Source: a virus
DNA: 64,000 nucleotides
Reading direction: 5' to 3' (one strand)
Virus record (IMG/VR): IMGVR_UViG_3300046492_000237
Coordinates: 28,690-92,689 of that record
The position numbers and the translations under genes were made by a program. The notes under the pieces were generated by a model, which was not told the origin of the DNA, ran no database searches, and saw only the letters and a list, made by a program, of their open reading frames with translations. Of this stretch, positions 20,203-30,375 are shown piece after piece (position 1 is the first letter of the stretch; every line of letters starts with the position of its first letter).

Positions 20203-21609
20203 TTATGCCGTGGTTTGCACGTTAAATTCTTCACCATTGACCGTAGTGACGAAAAGTTGCAAGCCTGACTCGAGAACCTGATCGCGGAATGCCACAAAAG
20301 CGTCAGGATCCAAGCATTCCAGCCGGTCGACGCAGCAGATGCCGAGGGCACCGGTGCGCAGCTTGGCGATCTCGACCGCGATCTCGACCTGCTGCGCGGT
20401 GTTGAGTCGATCGAACACAACGCCGCCACGGTAGATTTCACCATCACGAACCTCAACGCCGGGAATCGGCAGCGCGGCGAGCAGTTCCAGTTTGTAGGCG
20501 TCGATGTCTTCGAGGGCCTTGGTCTGGGATGCAGCATCCTGCTTGAGTTCTTCCAGTTCCTCTTCCATCTGCTTGATGGTGCCCAGCGCCTGTTCACGCT
20601 TGGCGTGCGCGCTGCGGTTGGTGCGGATGGCTTCGAGCGTCTGGTTGATCGGGCCGACAGTTTCCGAGTGTTTCTGGATGGTCTTCTCGCGCTGGGTGCC
20701 CGCGTTGGTTTCCATCGTGCGTTCGGCGGTCTGGATCGCTTCGATTGCCGCTGTTGCAGCGGCGTTGATGGCTTCAACTTCTGCTGAGCCCTCGGTTTTC
20801 AACTCATCAATCTTGCGCTGCACCTCGGCGCGGATACCATCAACTTTTCCCTGAGCGTCGCTGCGCAGCTTGTCGATCTCGGCTTGGTTGGCCTTTTTGA
20901 TCCCGTCGAGTTTGTTCCGGACACGGTCCAGCTCAGCATCCTTGGCGGTGGTTGCCTGCTCCAACGCAGCGCGCAATTCGTCTTCATTGCCATCTGCGCC
21001 ACCGGGCACATCTGGCATGGCCAGTTGCAGCTGGTTGATCGTGCTGTCCTTTTCTTTGACTGCGCGATTGGTGCCAGTGCGGTCGGCATACACCCGGGCG
21101 CGGATCTCATCGATGATCGCCAGTCCATGGATCGAGCCGTCCATGATCGGTTCCATACCGCCAATACTTTCCAGCCGCTCGGCATCAATCTCGATCGGCA
21201 TGGCTTCGAGCAGAACCTTCACCCGGTCTTTGGGCTGGGCGGTCAGGAAGGCAACAGGGTTGACGCTCAGGCTATCAACCAGCGACTTCATGAACTCGGC
21301 AGGCTTGGGGACCTTCTTGCCATCGGCGTCGGTAACACTGGTGGTGCTGCGCAGGCCGGTTACGCGCTTCTTGATCTCGGCGCCGTCGTCGAGAACCAGA
21401 ACGACCTCGCCTTCTTCGGCACCCAGACGCAGCAGCGTGGCGTCGTGGCCTTGGCCGGTGGCGGCCTTGATCGCCTCGAGGACGCTGGTCTTGCCCTCGC
21501 CATTTTTGCCACGGATCTCGTTGAAGCCTTCCGGGCTGAACTCCAACTCATCAATGCCGAGGATGTTGGAGATTTTGAGGTGGGAAATTTGCAGCAATTT
21601 ATCAGTCAT
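20203..21609 (-). CDS. SMC/Rad50-like ABC ATPase
   Basis: Walker A GKNGEGKT, long coiled coil, LNTAQQ signature, CCVDRLE Walker B-like motif. Confidence 0.8.
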   Translation of the reverse strand: MTDKLLQISHLKISNILGIDELEFSPEGFNEIRGKNGEGKTSVLEAIKAATGQGHDATLLRLGAEEGEVVLVLDDGAEIKKRVTGLRSTTSVTDADGKKVPKPAEFMKSLVDSLSVNPVAFLTAQPKDRVKVLLEAMPIEIDAERLESIGGMEPIMDGSIHGLAIIDEIRARVYADRTGTNRAVKEKDSTINQLQLAMPDVPGGADGNEDELRAALEQATTAKDAELDRVRNKLDGIKKANQAEIDKLRSDAQGKVDGIRAEVQRKIDELKTEGSAEVEAINAAATAAIEAIQTAERTMETNAGTQREKTIQKHSETVGPINQTLEAIRTNRSAHAKREQALGTIKQMEEELEELKQDAASQTKALEDIDAYKLELLAALPIPGVEVRDGEIYRGGVVFDRLNTAQQVEIAVEIAKLRTGALGICCVDRLECLDPDAFVAFRDQVLESGLQLFVTTVNGEEFNVQTTA

Positions 21610-21641
21610 TGGTTGGTTTCCTTCAGGTGCTATGTCGGGTG

Positions 21642-22691
21642 TTAAATGGCGAATTCTTCTTCACGCATTGCCCAGAACGGCAATTTGGCTTCGAGCATGT
21701 CGCCTTCGGCGGCGCCCAGCCAAAGGTTGTTCTGCTCGCAGTGGATCAGCCGAGCCAAGTCGCGCTTGTAAAGGCGGCGACCGCGCTCGATCTGGAAGTC
21801 ATTCAGGTAGTGGACGGCCACGTCATGCGGGCGCCCGTTCTGTGCGGCGATAAAAGCGAACCCACGCGGCGCGTCGCGCCCGTACAGACCTCGGAGGATG
21901 TCCAGATACCACGCGGCCTGAACTTCGTAGCGGCGCTGGGCGATGGTTTTGCCGAAGCCTTCGAGACTCACGTCGTCGGTAGTCTTGAGGTCGACAACCC
22001 ACATGCCGTCATGAGTGATGGCGTCAGTTCGGCATTTGCGCAGAACCGGCACCTTGACCACTTTCTGGGTGTCGTGGTCGATGTAGTCTTCCTCAGTTTC
22101 GAGGAAAAACGATCGCTCTACCGTGGCGCCGCTCAACAGGCCGCCGGCCCATGGGTCACGATCGACTGCGCGCAGCATGCCGAGCATGCCTTTATAGGCC
22201 TTTGCCGGGATGGCGATCTTGCCGACCATGCTTTCTTCATGCATTTGCTTGAGGAAATAGATGATCTTTTCACGCGGGTAGCCGGCTTCCTCTACCAGTC
22301 GGCGCGCCAACTCAGGCTTGGATCCGCCAGTCATCAGCGACTCATCGATCAGGACGCGCTTCATGTCGTCGACCGTGTCCAGTGCTTGAGGGAAGGCTGA
22401 CTTGTCGAAGTCGACCGCGTAGGTCTTTTCGAAGGTGCCCGGCTCTAAAACCAGCTTGTGGGTGCCGTCACCAACAGCAAAGCAGTGCTTGAATTCCTGC
22501 TCCTCGCGATCCGGGTTGATGTACTGATCCCAGTAGTTCAAGCCGCTGACAGCGATCGCATCCAGCTTGCTTTTACTGACCCCGGGGCCGGAATGGTACT
22601 CATCGTTTGTAAGCACGACTTCGCCGTGCAGTTTGGGTAGGTTCAAGGTCTGATCTCGGTTGAACTCTGGAGGTGCGCAGAATACGCGCAA
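21642..22691 (-). CDS. RecE/exonuclease VIII-like PD-(D/E)XK nuclease
   Basis: NDEYH..GVSKSKLD, KCRTD, VDLKTT and YEVQAAWY motifs. Confidence 0.88.
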   Translation of the reverse strand: MRVFCAPPEFNRDQTLNLPKLHGEVVLTNDEYHSGPGVSKSKLDAIAVSGLNYWDQYINPDREEQEFKHCFAVGDGTHKLVLEPGTFEKTYAVDFDKSAFPQALDTVDDMKRVLIDESLMTGGSKPELARRLVEEAGYPREKIIYFLKQMHEESMVGKIAIPAKAYKGMLGMLRAVDRDPWAGGLLSGATVERSFFLETEEDYIDHDTQKVVKVPVLRKCRTDAITHDGMWVVDLKTTDDVSLEGFGKTIAQRRYEVQAAWYLDILRGLYGRDAPRGFAFIAAQNGRPHDVAVHYLNDFQIERGRRLYKRDLARLIHCEQNNLWLGAAEGDMLEAKLPFWAMREEEFAI

Positions 22692-22822
22692 ATTTGATTA
22701 ACGCGCAAGTCATCACGACCATTTTTGTGCAGCTTATATAGTTTCGCTTTTTTCGTGCCGGGGGCGATTTATTCGTTACACCCGTTAATCAAATCCGATA
22801 CACTTGGCCGGCAGTCAATCGA

Positions 22823-23080
22823 GTGAGCACTACCATGAACGAACAGAACAGAACAGAAACAGAAGGCGATGCGCCGGATGGCTTCGATCAGATCTTCTAC
22901 CAGTATCTTGATCAGCTTGAGCGTCGGGCACATGCGGTCAATATGACGTTGACCGATCTTTGTCGTGATTCTGGAGTATCGAGGGCGACCCCGGATCGTT
23001 GGCGTAAAAGTCTGCCGAAAACGATCCAGAACGTTTGCGACCTCGAAGCCATCGTTAAAAAGGCTGAGCGGAAAAAATAA
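22823..23080 (+). CDS. Small HTH transcriptional regulator (Cro/CI-like)
   Basis: MTLTDLCRDSGVSRATPDRWR helix-turn-helix; at a divergent junction. Confidence 0.7.
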   Translation: MSTTMNEQNRTETEGDAPDGFDQIFYQYLDQLERRAHAVNMTLTDLCRDSGVSRATPDRWRKSLPKTIQNVCDLEAIVKKAERKK

Positions 23081-23096
23081 CCCCTAACTTTGGGGC

Positions 23097-24791
23097 GTGG
23101 ACCTATCAATAAAGCCACGCTTGTGCCGAATGAAAATTCAACCCCGCGACTATCAGCAATCGCTGATGGATCAGGTTCGTGTTGCCTTTAGAGAAGGAAA
23201 GCGCAGTCCGTTGGTAGTTGCTGCCACCGGCGCGGGAAAAACCGTGGTGTTCAGCGCTATCGCTGACAGTGCTGCGGAAAAGGGGCATGAGGTGCTGATT
23301 CTGGCGCACCGTGACACCCTCATTAAGCAGGCAAGCGCCAAGCTCAGGCAGAACGGCGTGAAGCACGGCATCATCATGGCGGGCTTCACGCAAGACCTTC
23401 GCCAGAAGGTGCAGGTTGGGTCGGTGCAAACGCTGGCCCGGCGACTGTCAAAGCTGCGCTGGAAGCCGAAACTCATCATTATCGATGAGGCTCACCTGTC
23501 AGCTGCAAAAACCTACCGCGACATCCTCAAGGCTTTCCCCGACGCGCTGGTGCTGGGCTTCACGGGATCGCCGTGCCGGCTCGACAACAAGCCTCTGGGC
23601 AAAGAGGCTGGCGGTATTTATGACGACCTGATTCAGGCCATCTCCATCAAGCAGCTCATTGCGCGTGGCTTCTTGGTGCAGCCGCAGGTGTTCGGCGCCG
23701 CCGAGGCGCTGGATCTGTCCGGCATCAAAAAGAGCATGGGTGACTACGCCACCGCCGAACTGGCGGCCGTCGTCGACAAACCCAAGATCACCGGCGACGC
23801 TGTCGCGCAATACCTCAAGATCTGCCCGGATGTCCCGGCGGTGGCGTGGTGCGTCACGGTTGAGCACGCCCAGCACGTTGCTGACGCCTTCAATGCAGCG
23901 GGGATCTCGGCGCTGATGCTCTGCGGCGAGCACGACAGCGATTACCGCGACAAGGCGCTCAAGGCGCTGGAAACCGGCGAGATCAAGGTCATTTCGTTTG
24001 TCGGGATTTTGATCGAGGGCGTCGACCAGCCCGCGATCGGGGCAATCATCCTGCTGCGTCCGACCATGTCTCTCGCCAGTTACCTGCAGGTGATCGGTCG
24101 CGGCCTTCGCCCATACACCGATGCCAACGGCGTCAAGAAAGAATGCTGCTACGTGCTTGATCATGCTGGGCTCTGGCAGCGCCATGGCTTCGCCGATGAG
24201 GAACGCGAGTGGGAATTGAACACCGAGGTCAAGAAGGGCGCCAAGAAAAAGGAAAAGGAGACGACTGTCGACCTTATCCAGTGTCGCGGCTGCTTTGCGG
24301 TGTTCTCCCCGGTGCAGGCTGCCGAGGCCGGCCAGAAGCTGATCGAGGAGCGCCCGGGCTATCTCGGCGCGCCATGCTGCCCGAACTGCAAGAAGGCGAT
24401 CGAGATCAAGGTCCGCAAGCTTGAGCAGGTTGATGGCGAGCTGATCAAGATCACGCCGGAAATGCGTGCGGAAATGGAGGCTGACCGCAAAAAGACATCG
24501 CTTGAGCAGCGCCGCATGCAGGGCCAGACCCAGACGCTCGAGGACCTGAAGGCCTACGGCGCGAAGATGGGCCGCTCTGCGCAGTGGGCGGAACACGTTT
24601 GGAATGCTCGCCAGCGCAAGAAAGAACCCAAGAAATCGCCGCCAGTCATCGAGCTGCCGCCGGTCCCTACCGATGAACAGCTGGCCGTCATGACACTGGA
24701 GGAGCTGGAGAAAGTCCGCGCCGAACAGGGCTGGCCCCTCAGCTGGCCAACTGAATTTTATCGCAGCAATCAGTCGAACCTCAATTTCTAA
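23097..24791 (+). CDS. DEAD/DEAH SF2 helicase (RadD/YejH-like) with zinc ribbon
   Basis: TGAGKT, DEAH, QVIGRGLR, CxxC..CxxC; likely start at ATG 23130. Confidence 0.92.
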   Translation: MDLSIKPRLCRMKIQPRDYQQSLMDQVRVAFREGKRSPLVVAATGAGKTVVFSAIADSAAEKGHEVLILAHRDTLIKQASAKLRQNGVKHGIIMAGFTQDLRQKVQVGSVQTLARRLSKLRWKPKLIIIDEAHLSAAKTYRDILKAFPDALVLGFTGSPCRLDNKPLGKEAGGIYDDLIQAISIKQLIARGFLVQPQVFGAAEALDLSGIKKSMGDYATAELAAVVDKPKITGDAVAQYLKICPDVPAVAWCVTVEHAQHVADAFNAAGISALMLCGEHDSDYRDKALKALETGEIKVISFVGILIEGVDQPAIGAIILLRPTMSLASYLQVIGRGLRPYTDANGVKKECCYVLDHAGLWQRHGFADEEREWELNTEVKKGAKKKEKETTVDLIQCRGCFAVFSPVQAAEAGQKLIEERPGYLGAPCCPNCKKAIEIKVRKLEQVDGELIKITPEMRAEMEADRKKTSLEQRRMQGQTQTLEDLKAYGAKMGRSAQWAEHVWNARQRKKEPKKSPPVIELPPVPTDEQLAVMTLEELEKVRAEQGWPLSWPTEFYRSNQSNLNF

Positions 24792-24803
24792 GGTAACCAC
24801 ACC

Positions 24804-25256
24804 ATGTCATCCGTAAACAGCGTCACCATCGTCGGTCGTGTCGGTCAGGATCCAGAAGTCCGCTTCCTGCCGAACGGCGACGCCATCTGCAACCTGTCCG
24901 TGGCCACCAGCAAGCAATGGATCGACAAAGCCTCTGGCGAAAAGAAGGAAAAAACCGAGTGGCACCGCGTCGTGCTGTTCGGGAAAACCGCCGAGCTGGC
25001 GGGCAAGTGGACCAAGAAGGGCACCGTGGTTTATGTCCGGGGCGAGCTGGAAACCCGCGAGTGGGAGAAGGACGGAATCAAGCGCTACACCACCGAGATC
25101 AAAGGGCTCGACTTCGATCCGTTCATCAGCGGCGTAAAAGCCGAACCGAACCAGACTCAAAGTCGTGACGGTAACAATCAGACCTCGCAGCAACGTTCTC
25201 AGGCCGCGCCGCAGCAATCCGCGCCGCCGCCGAAGGACAACGATATTCCGTTCTGA
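24804..25256 (+). CDS. ssb: Single-stranded DNA-binding protein
   Basis: [23 protein letters not shown]-terminal DIPF. Confidence 0.97.
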   Translation: MSSVNSVTIVGRVGQDPEVRFLPNGDAICNLSVATSKQWIDKASGEKKEKTEWHRVVLFGKTAELAGKWTKKGTVVYVRGELETREWEKDGIKRYTTEIKGLDFDPFISGVKAEPNQTQSRDGNNQTSQQRSQAAPQQSAPPPKDNDIPF

Positions 25257-25326
25257 CGCCGCCCCACATTGAGCAATGGAGGGGTGGTTTTCGACTCTGG
25301 GGCCCCCTCCTACAAGGAAGCCGTAA

Positions 25327-25542
25327 ATGAAAGACAGTATCTTGAAGGCGTATCAAGAAGAACGCGACACCTTGAAGGCTGGGTCTCCACCGCTGACAGC
25401 GCACGATCATACCGTTGCTGTCATTGCCGCGTTGTATTCCGAGAATGACCTGCGACAGGCCGCCGCAATGCGTGGCGCGTATGAGCGCAAGCAGCGCCGT
25501 GAAGGTCTTGCAGCCAAGCGCAAAGGGAAGGCTGTCAAATGA
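25327..25542 (+). CDS. Hypothetical protein
   Basis: Shine-Dalgarno AAGGAAG; coupled to the next ORF. Confidence 0.55.
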   Translation: MKDSILKAYQEERDTLKAGSPPLTAHDHTVAVIAALYSENDLRQAAAMRGAYERKQRREGLAAKRKGKAVK

Positions 25543-25868
25543 GCCCGGTTATCCTTTGTCCACGGGTTGAAGGCTACGAAACCCTCGAAAGCGTGCTCGA
25601 TGCCGCGTATGCGCAAGCTGCGCATGGAAAGGGAAAAGAACGCCACGCCAATAACCTGCCGTTTCACAAACAGCGCATGCAGTCGATCAGCGATCTTCTC
25701 GATTCCGATGAAGGCATGGCTTATCAGGTCATCAAGAAAATGACCGAGGGCCTGCAGTTCACAGATCCGGCCGCGCGCGAGAAAGAATTGCTCGGCGCCA
25801 TCGTCTACATCGCCGGTATCGTCGTCCGCCAGCGTCAGTCTTTGGCGGGCACACCCGATGGCCAGTGA
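25539..25868 (+). CDS. Conserved phage hypothetical protein
   Basis: AYAQAA.GKGKERHA motif. Confidence 0.65.
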   Translation: MSPVILCPRVEGYETLESVLDAAYAQAAHGKGKERHANNLPFHKQRMQSISDLLDSDEGMAYQVIKKMTEGLQFTDPAAREKELLGAIVYIAGIVVRQRQSLAGTPDGQ

Positions 25869-26304
25869 AGGCGTAATCCAGAAAGAGATAATCGGCGCTC
25901 TCGGCTTCTTTTCTCGCTTATTTCGCCTGAATGGCGGCAAAGCTTGGATGTCGAACCTCGGTCCCAAGGGCGTCGTAACGCTCGCCGATGGCTCCAAGCT
26001 GATCAAAGCGCCGCGCCCGGTCGGGCTCGGCTTCACCATGACCAACGGTGACAGCGTTCCGGGGCAGAGCGACCTTGGCGGCTGGACCAAGGTGACCATA
26101 ACGCCGGAGATGGTTGGCAAAGACATTGCCGTTTTTACCGCCATTGAAACCAAGCGTTCGAAGGGTGGAAAGGCATCCGACGACCAGCTCAATTTCGTTG
26201 ACCAAGTGCAGCGCCAAGGCGGTATTGCGGGCATTGCCAACAGCGTCGACGCCGCTCGAAAAATTATTGAGCAATGGGCTAGCAAAATCGGCGCTATTTT
26301 GTAG
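25858..26304 (+). CDS. VRR-NUC nuclease
   Basis: SE..IQ, GQSDLGG, AIETK, Q..F..V...GG.AG motifs. Confidence 0.85.
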   Translation: MASEGVIQKEIIGALGFFSRLFRLNGGKAWMSNLGPKGVVTLADGSKLIKAPRPVGLGFTMTNGDSVPGQSDLGGWTKVTITPEMVGKDIAVFTAIETKRSKGGKASDDQLNFVDQVQRQGGIAGIANSVDAARKIIEQWASKIGAIL

Positions 26305-26364
26305 TATCATCGCGGCGTTTCCTATTGCTTAAAGTGTTGTGGCCCGGGCTTGGGCCGTGTTGTT

Positions 26365-26478
26365 GTGGGCTAGGGTCCGGTTAGCTCCCGAACTCGAAAA
26401 GCGCATCCTGATGGCGCCGCCCATTTTTTTTATCAGTCAGACTTCAGGGGTCAGGATGAACACTTTAATGGGCGGGGA
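26365..26478 (+). ncRNA. Putative structured regulatory leader of the primase gene
   Basis: Alternative complementarities: GTGGGC/GCCCAT, CATCCTGA/TCAGGATG, CCGCCCATT/AATGGGCGG; T8 tract. Confidence 0.45.
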
Positions 26479-26484
26479 CATTCA

Positions 26485-29364
26485 ATGAATGACCACGCGG
26501 CAATCAACAAGTTCCTAGAAGCGATGGCGGAACAAGACATCGTTCCGAGCCAGAACCTTAATTTCGAAGGGAAGCTTGAGCGTTTCCACGTTCAGGGTGA
26601 TGCTCTCGGCAGCCGTAATGGCTGGGCTATCCTTCACATTGACAATGCACCAGCTGGTCAGTTCGGTTGCAACAAGCGTTACGGCGATCATAAGTTCTCT
26701 TGGAGCGCGGGCATCAGTGCCACTCCGATGACTGAAGCCGAAAAGAAAAAACAGCGCGAGGACTGGGCAAGGCAGAAGGCCGAAACCGAGAAGCGCCGAG
26801 CTGCCGAGCGTGATGCTGCCGCTGTTCGAGCGCAGTCAGTCTGGGACGCCAGCGTCCCAGCCACTGATGATCATCCCTATCTCGTTCGCAAAGGCGTCAA
26901 GGCGCACGGCCTGCGCGTGGGCAAATGGGAATTCATCAATTCGGATACAGGTGAAGTCACCTGCCTGACTGATCAGGCGCTGCTGGTTCCGCTTTGCGAC
27001 AAGACCCGTAAGGTTCACAGCCTGCAGGGTATTTTCCCCGGGAAGATCCTTGGCCGTGGCGATGGCGCGCGCGACAAGGACTATCTGAAATTCGGCGCCA
27101 AGGTTGGCATGTTCCACGCCATCGGCAAACCGCAGATGGTCGACGGCAACCCGGTCTTCGTTATCTGCGAAGGCTATGCCACCGGCGCATCCATCCATGA
27201 AGAAACCAGTCATCTGGTGCTGGTCACTTTCGATGTGACCAACCTGCTCACGGTTGCCAAGGCAATCCGTGACAGCAAACCAGATGCGATCATCGTGTTT
27301 GCCGTCGATAACGATGTCTGGACCAAAAAGCCAGTCGAAAACCCGGGCGTCCATTACGCAACGATCGCGGCCAAAGCCGTTGGCGGCCTGCTGGCCATTC
27401 CGCCATTCGTCCATGCCGACGGGACCCAAGATGCGGCCGGCAAGTGGTCTGGCCCTACTGACTTCAATGATTTGCAGGTGCGTGACGGGGCTGGCGCGAT
27501 AAAGGCCATCTTCGACGACGTCATTGCAAACCGTAACCTGTCGCCAGAGCCAGAGCCTGAGTCGCCGATGCCTTGGGAGGACGGGCCTCCCGACTACCTC
27601 ACCGAAGACATCCCGCCATCGTCGATGGATGATTCAAACAGTGGCGCGTCATCTCCACCGGTAGAGCCACCGGCGGCCACCGGCGGCGGCCCAAAAGACC
27701 CGATCGTTCCTGCTGACAAGGATGAAGACGATCTGGTTAAGAACGCCCACTTCACGATCCTCGGCTATGACGGACAGACCTATTTCCTGTTCCAGCACGA
27801 AAAGAAACAGGTGCTGGAGATCACCAAAAAGGACCTGAGCGATGTTGGCCTGATCGAGCTGGCCGACCTCTACTGGTGGGAGATGAATTTCGGCAACGGC
27901 AACGGCGGGATCGACAAGAAGGCCGTTGCTCAGTGGCTGTTCCGCACGGCGAACGGTCGCGGTATCTACGATCCTTCGCGGATCCGTGGGCGTGGTGCAT
28001 GGGCTGATAAAGGGCGCGCGGTGTTCCACCACGGCTCCTACCTGACCGTAAATGGCGAGCACACCGACATAACAGCCATCAAATCAGCCTACGTCTACCC
28101 GATGGCGCGCGAACTGCCGCAGCCGTCAGAGACGCCGCTGACCGATGCGGAAGGCGACCATCTCGTCGGCGTTGCCGATATGGTCCGCTGGAACATGCCG
28201 GGCAGCGCGGCGCTGATGGCCGGCTTCGTGATGCTGGCTCCGATCTGCGGTGCGCTGACATGGCGTCCCCACATCTGGCTGACAGGCGTGGCCGGCTCTG
28301 GCAAGTCAACCGTTCAGAACAAGTTCTGCGCGGCCCTGCTGCGCGGTGTTGGCCAGTACTACTCTGGCGACAGCACCGAGGCCGGTATCCGTCAGGATCT
28401 CAAGGCAGACGCGCTGCCGGTGCTTATCGATGAGGCTGAGTCGAACAACGAACGCGACAAGCAGCGGATCGAGAACGTCATCGGCCTGATCCGGAAAACC
28501 TCGACCGAGTCGCAGATGCACACGGCCAAGGGCACCGTTTCCGGAAACAGCCAGCACTTCCAAATCCGGTCGATGTTCTGTCTGGCCTCGATCAACGTCA
28601 ACCTGCCGACCAAGGCCGATATCGACCGCCTGACCATTCTTTCGATCAAGAAAGCCAAAGAGGGTGACGTCGACAACTGGCCTGAGCTCGAGGCTGAGCT
28701 GAACAAGATCGATCAGGACGAAACCATGTCCAGCCGGCTGCTGGCGCGCGCGCTGAAGCTGATGCCGGTCATCCTCGACTCGGTGAAGGTGTTCCGCAAG
28801 GCTGCCGCCATCCACTTCAAGGATCAGCGCTACGGTGACCAGTTCGGCACCCTGTTGGCGGGCTGCTGGTGCCTGATGAAAAGCTACGTGCCGCAGGAAT
28901 ATGAGGCACTGGCCATGATCAAGGGCTACAACTGGCAGGAGCACACTGAGGATCAGGATCAGGACGACTCGGCCAAGGCGCTTGAGGCGCTGCTGAGCGC
29001 GAAGATTCGTCTTCCGGGTAATCTGGGTGACCTCACGGTCTACGAGCTGATACGCGAGTCGACAACGTCGTTCCGCCACGGTAGTGGCGTTGACATGGAC
29101 GTGGCTGACCAAACACTGCGCCGTCACGGGATCCTCGTTGAGAGCGGGCGCCTGTTGTTCGGCACCGGCGTGAGCAACCTCAAAGAGCTGATCGCCAAGA
29201 TGCCCGCCATCACCAACTTGCGCGACCAGCTGCTGCGCGTGAAGGACGCCGATCGAGTGGGCACGAAGAGCTTCAACGGCACCAAGTCAAAATGCGTGTC
29301 CATCCCGTTGGTGCCGATCCTCGGCGAAGCGGTAAAAGAGGAGGACGACGGCAAACCGTTCTGA
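26485..29364 (+). CDS. Primase-helicase (TOPRIM plus P-loop ATPase; P4 alpha/TraC-like)
   Basis: HPYL.RKG, ICEGYATG, AVDND, TDFND; GVAGSGKST, LIDEAE. Confidence 0.9.
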   Translation: MNDHAAINKFLEAMAEQDIVPSQNLNFEGKLERFHVQGDALGSRNGWAILHIDNAPAGQFGCNKRYGDHKFSWSAGISATPMTEAEKKKQREDWARQKAETEKRRAAERDAAAVRAQSVWDASVPATDDHPYLVRKGVKAHGLRVGKWEFINSDTGEVTCLTDQALLVPLCDKTRKVHSLQGIFPGKILGRGDGARDKDYLKFGAKVGMFHAIGKPQMVDGNPVFVICEGYATGASIHEETSHLVLVTFDVTNLLTVAKAIRDSKPDAIIVFAVDNDVWTKKPVENPGVHYATIAAKAVGGLLAIPPFVHADGTQDAAGKWSGPTDFNDLQVRDGAGAIKAIFDDVIANRNLSPEPEPESPMPWEDGPPDYLTEDIPPSSMDDSNSGASSPPVEPPAATGGGPKDPIVPADKDEDDLVKNAHFTILGYDGQTYFLFQHEKKQVLEITKKDLSDVGLIELADLYWWEMNFGNGNGGIDKKAVAQWLFRTANGRGIYDPSRIRGRGAWADKGRAVFHHGSYLTVNGEHTDITAIKSAYVYPMARELPQPSETPLTDAEGDHLVGVADMVRWNMPGSAALMAGFVMLAPICGALTWRPHIWLTGVAGSGKSTVQNKFCAALLRGVGQYYSGDSTEAGIRQDLKADALPVLIDEAESNNERDKQRIENVIGLIRKTSTESQMHTAKGTVSGNSQHFQIRSMFCLASINVNLPTKADIDRLTILSIKKAKEGDVDNWPELEAELNKIDQDETMSSRLLARALKLMPVILDSVKVFRKAAAIHFKDQRYGDQFGTLLAGCWCLMKSYVPQEYEALAMIKGYNWQEHTEDQDQDDSAKALEALLSAKIRLPGNLGDLTVYELIRESTTSFRHGSGVDMDVADQTLRRHGILVESGRLLFGTGVSNLKELIAKMPAITNLRDQLLRVKDADRVGTKSFNGTKSKCVSIPLVPILGEAVKEEDDGKPF

Positions 29365-29378
29365 TAGCCGTAAACGAC

Positions 29379-29403
29379 AAAGCCCGCAGACGCGGGCTTT
29401 TTT
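29379..29403 (+). terminator. Intrinsic (possibly bidirectional) terminator between convergent operons
   Basis: AAAGCCCGC-AGAC-GCGGGCTTTTTT. Confidence 0.85.
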
Positions 29404-30375
29404 GTGGGATGGATTCAGTCTGGCTTGATCGGTCGACCCAGAATACCGAAGTCAGCCCAGAGTGCTTCACGCTCTCCGCAGTGTGTGCATTCACGGATTT
29501 TCATGCTGATGTATCGAACCCAGATGTGTTTCTCGGTGCAGGGCGCACCGTTCGGGCGCCACTCCCAGATATCCGTGTTTGGGATCTCGGCCACGGTGCC
29601 GGGCGTCCATTTGTCTGCTTTGACTCGCATTGCGTACCCCATAAAAAAGCCCGGCACTGGCCGGGCGGTCTGCAGGTCGGTGTTACGGGATCCAGACCTG
29701 CCAAGTGAAGTCGGTCCAGTCGGCGTGCTCGACGAGGGCCTTTTCCAGTTCGGCTTTGGCGAAGGCCGCTGCCGACCAATATGGCATCACGCTGGTGTCC
29801 ATGCTCAGGCGGATCACCGGGCGCTGCGTGGCGCCGGGCTCGAACGGCAGATCGATGATCAGACGGACATTCCATCGGCGCTGTGCGTTGGTGAAGGTGC
29901 GAGGCCCAACAAATACGCCAACGCCCTGCTTGTGCTTGCTATGGACAAAGTTACTCAGGAGCCTCATGCGGCCTCCTGACTGAAGGACCGGGCTTCCTGC
30001 CATGTTTCCCAGCGCACCTGCACTCCACGATTGGAGTAGCGGCCACGCCCGTTGATATGCAGACGCGTGACTCGGGCAATCAGGTCTACGCCGTATTTGC
30101 GGCAATACCACTGTTCAAAAAGTTCGCGCTCGGTCATTTGTGTGGCGGTCCTAAAATTACTTCAACCTTGACCATGGCGGCCCGGACTCGCGCCCGGCTT
30201 GCGGCCGCGTCGATCTTGTTCTGCGCTTCAGCTCGAGCCCAAAATTGTTCCATCTGGACGAACCGATCTTCATGGGACGATTGAGCTGGTGCCGAGGTAT
30301 TTGCTCGTTTGGAGATATCCCGGTCCATCTGCCGGGCTTGCGGGCTGTCCGCGTATTCGATTGCTTCGCTCATGC

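Noticed and set aside
25162-25177. Extra GTCGTGAY copies (25162, 46652, and about 22712 on the minus strand)
   Set aside because: They lack the xAxxxT hexamer at the fixed distance, and two lie inside coding sequence
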